This document shows, piece after piece, positions 63,101 through 64,000 of a stretch of DNA of 64,000 nucleotides. Position 1 is the first letter of the stretch; each line of letters begins with the position of its first letter. The notes beneath the pieces were generated by a model that saw nothing but the letters and a program-made list of their open reading frames with translations, did no database searches and had not been told where the DNA came from. Origin of the DNA: an uncultured Flavobacteriales bacterium. Lineage in GTDB: Bacteria > Bacteroidota > Bacteroidia > Flavobacteriales_H > CAZUDW01. Location: NCBI GenBank assembly GCA_964619305.1, contig CAZUDW010000001.1, positions 14,356 through 78,355 of the forward strand. The letters are read 5' to 3'. The translations under genes were made by a program, and so were the position numbers.

Positions 63101-63294
63101 ACCTCCAGGGCAGATTTTGTCAACCCCTTATTAAGCAAAGAATCCACTTTGATCCATTCTTTTTTATAAGTGCTCCCTTTGGGAAATATAAGCAGCGGTT
63201 TTTGGGGGTTGAAAGGATGGAGATTGATAGCAAAACCCGCTGAAAGAAGCAGAATGCACACAACTATGATTTGCAGAAAGTGTCTTTTTTTCAT
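57115..63294 (-). CDS. Alpha-2-macroglobulin family protein (giant, ~2060 aa) with variant thioester-site motif
   Basis: The ORF extends to 63357. The start is placed at MKKRHFLQIIVVCILLL (signal peptide). Multiple MG-like beta-sandwich segments; a thioester-domain start ALPYLMEYPYECSEQTFSR (CxEQ); and a C-terminal receptor-binding-like domain. Confidence 0.8.
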   Translation of the reverse strand: MKKRHFLQIIVVCILLLSAGFAINLHPFNPQKPLLIFPKGSTYKKEWIKVDSLLNKGLTKSALEVVNGILEKSKTNGNNAQIVKALIYRIKLNSYLEEDNYVNSIYELQQEADHARFPVKQVLYSITAEIYWRYFENNRWKFYDRTQTVNFKREDIRTWDLKSLLSMVVKNYNLSLQSTDSLQHTPISTFDEVLIKYEDSRNFRPTLYDFLAHRAVDFFMNTEPEVDQPTNRYEVADNRFFGDADEFESIVLSSKDSLSMSYHAAEILQQLTAFHLNDVDPAALIDVEIKRLGFASSKSISELKDSLYMDALKHLMEKYKDYPGSADAAYYLATAYDENANKYNPPFNEEHKWDRKKALEICKQAIKEYPDSHGSDNCKYLVDRIKTKDMKFDLGNVQVPGKPFLTLLSYRNIGKVYYRIAKADFETFRKNRLKKYDDEWIEYLRSLKVVKEWEGELENEGDFQQHKIELANPATDKGFYVLLAGSDSEFSYKGNAVAYKSFWSSDISYFIRNMNDGTYEVRTLNRTTGEPMEGVTAKLYYEKYNYALRAYDWKKYGTYITNQDGYFKIPATKNYRNFYIEFTKEDDELNTEDTYYQYSYSPYDRVRINTHFFTDRAIYRPGQIIYFKGIVIETDGEKHSIKTNYKSTVVMYDVNYQKVGELQLTTNEYGTFSGTFTAPTSSLNGQMHITNNYGSVYFRVEEYKRPKFEIKFNPVVGSFKLDDSVKVEGNAIAYAGAVVDGAKVRYHVVRNASFPFWGYWRGWYPTSPQMEIAHGVITTNEKGAFNISFKAVPDKSINRRYKPQYTYTITADVTDINGETHSAQQVVVVGYNALNISVNVPDQIEQNGQDSFKLKTFNLMGVEEPASGRLIFYHLEAPKQVYRKRDWERPDKFSMTKAEHSAKFPNDVYDNENNVSTWKPDLKVYDKPFDTKKSDDLVLHKLPEWKPGYYKMEATCKDKYGEEVKMIRYIRIYSSLKKEMPVGDAVWFVPLKKEAEPEENVEFMIGSADKDVYILYEIELKNKIIQRRWINLNEEQRRISIPVKEEYRGNFAIHLAVVKNNRPYTFGQIIIVPYSNKKLDIEFETFRNKLYPGQDEEWKVKIKGPKGEKVASEMLAALYDASLDAIIPNMWNFNVFQSFYSSLYWQSRNAFGVRQSALYSEGWNNYYSGSGRYYDYLNWFGYDFYGYGDRLYRYAKKSAKGGAILDEDEEVGLLGESSVNKPASEARGRGNIELKKMDKSGEKDTNRQTQTITGADKTKDERDSGGQTGNRDQLGIIKARSNFNETAFFYPHLTTDEDGNVTIKFTIPEALTRWKFMGLAHTKDLKSAMLYEETVTQKDLMITPNVPRFFRENDQMTFTAKISNLTEKEMKGNARLSFFDAFTMKPIDKSFMSEKKSDQVFTAKKGQSALVQWNIRIPEGIGAVVYKVVAKSGKFSDGEESAIPVLTNRMLVTESMPMPIRGNETKTFTFRKLLSSGKSSSLKNHKLTLEFTSNPAWYAIQALPYLMEYPYECSEQTFSRFYANSIASHIANSHPKVKYVFDSWKIQNPEALLSNLEKNQELKSLMLEETPWVLDAKNETERKKRIGLLFDLNRMSNELGSALLKLEKAQVSNGGWPWFPGMPESRYITQHIVAGFGHLDQLGVKEIRESHRIWNMVSKAIPYLDNRIREDYQWLIRNKVNLNDNNLGYTQIQYLYARSFFTDISVNGRNKEAFNYYMEQAKKYWLENSRYMQGMLALGIYRFGDKTTPTNIINSLRENAIFNEEMGMYWKENVPGYYWYQAPIEMHSLLIEAFNEIADDKKSVEEMRIWLLKQKQTQDWKTTRATADACYALLISGTEWLETENLVQIKIGNLQIDPKKMDDIKVENGTGYFKTSWSKSEIKPEMGNVVVTKPGKGIAWGAIYWQYFEQLDKITSHKTPLQLEKKLFLEKITEGGKVLKPINTNTKLHLGDKITVRIVLRSDRHMEYVHLKDMRAAGFEPENILSRYKYQDGLGYYESSKDASTNFFIEYLPKGTYVFEYSLRVTHKGDFSNGISTIQCMYAPEFTSHSEGIRVIVSE

Positions 63295-63564
63295 ATTGAG
63301 ATAAATTTGATTGAATGATGCAAGCTGATACAGTATTCCATAAAACAAAATAATCAACAGGCATACAAATACTTATGCAAAGATGAAGCATCACGAAAAA
63401 AGTTGCAAATCCAAATTGTGTTCATGATATACAATGGATGGAATTAGTATATTCTCGGAAACCTTAGTGCCTCTATTATAAAACGGATATTTCCATAAAA
63501 TCAGTTCCTGAATCAAGGTAATAATAAACTTCTTTTATAATTGTAATATTTTTTTTGGTATGTA

Positions 63565-63750
63565 CTCTATTCGCTTACAGCTACTCTAATACCTTCCGAA
63601 TAAGATGTGAATTCTGGAACATAACATCTCTGAATCGTGATGATCCCGTTTGAGAAGTTGCTTTTATGCGTCATAGGTAGCGAATTTTCAATAAAGAAAT
63701 TTGATGAAGCATCTTTGGTGCTTTCATAATAACCTAAACCATCCTGATAA
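63565..63750 (-). pseudogene. Decayed duplicate of the last ~60 codons of the A2M gene (gene fragment)
   Basis: ~85% nucleotide identity to 57113-57330, same orientation. Keeps the frame and the same TAG stop, with an in-frame 30-nt deletion (orig …IEYLPKGTYVFEYSLRVTHKGDFSNG… vs copy …IENSLPMTHKSNFSNG…). Upstream in-frame stops and no start codon. Confidence 0.6.
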
Positions 63751-63931
63751 GATGTATCACAGGTTTTTGCGAGCGAAGTAGCATGTGAAGAAATAAAAGA
63801 TTACTTATTGAAAGTTTAAGCTATTTGCTGTTGTTTTCTTATATTATCTCTCCAACAGGTGAATCTACGGCTTAAGCAAGGATAAATACCTCTATTTTAG
63901 CAAATAAGATTTCTGCTTGTTCCGCCAACCG

Positions 63932-64000
63932 GCCTGGCTCTCGTAATCAACAAAGAATATCTTCAAATCTGCCTGGCTTTCATAATCGACAAAAAAGACT
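63932..64000. repeat. Imperfect direct repeat (2 copies, ~39-bp period) truncated by window end
   Basis: gcctggctctcgtaatcaacaaagaatat vs gcctggctttcataatcgacaaaaaagact, about 80-85% identity. Confidence 0.3.

Noticed and set aside
63932-64000. CRISPR array at window edge
   Set aside because: Only two repeat units are visible and they differ at about 5 positions. CRISPR repeats are normally near-identical, and no cas genes are present in the window.

Overview
This is an AT-rich (~35% GC) chromosomal segment that reads as Bacteroidetes (Bacteroidota). It carries T9SS C-terminal sorting domains, a PorP/SprF gene, SprB repeats, a CarboxypepD_reg-type TonB-dependent receptor and an HU-SPOR protein. 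Several genes sit near TAnnTTTG -7 promoter boxes. Most of the window is housekeeping: tRNA-Phe(GAA), tRNA-Ser(GGA), purD, purQ, coaX, tatD, dus, rluA-family, dprA, kdsB, a murF/alr fusion, tdk, rsmI, the yicC-gmk-nadD operon, tatC, lptB and an exbB-exbD-exbD cluster. There are several envelope and secretion modules. An ECF sigma/anti-sigma pair sits beside an OmpA-TPR-beta-propeller protein. Two TMTC-like (DUF1736+TPR) membrane proteins are present, and one is translationally coupled to a carbamoyltransferase. A 1014-aa T9SS type-B cargo carries an unassigned ~56-aa repeat plus SprB repeats. At the right end lies a T9SS-rich accessory block: a T9SS hypothetical, an orphan family-5 SBP lipoprotein, a T9SS CotH kinase, a lipoprotein and a 2080-aa alpha-2-macroglobulin. 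That alpha-2-macroglobulin has a decayed partial duplicate of its own 3' end upstream. I found no CRISPR array, integrase/transposase or rRNA. I could not assign two structured-looking intergenic regions (10148-10413 and 47233-47670). No complete defence or biosynthetic system of a clearly new kind is evident. The most unusual loci are the A2M/CotH/T9SS block, the unassigned repeat architecture, and the carbamoyltransferase-TMTC pair.
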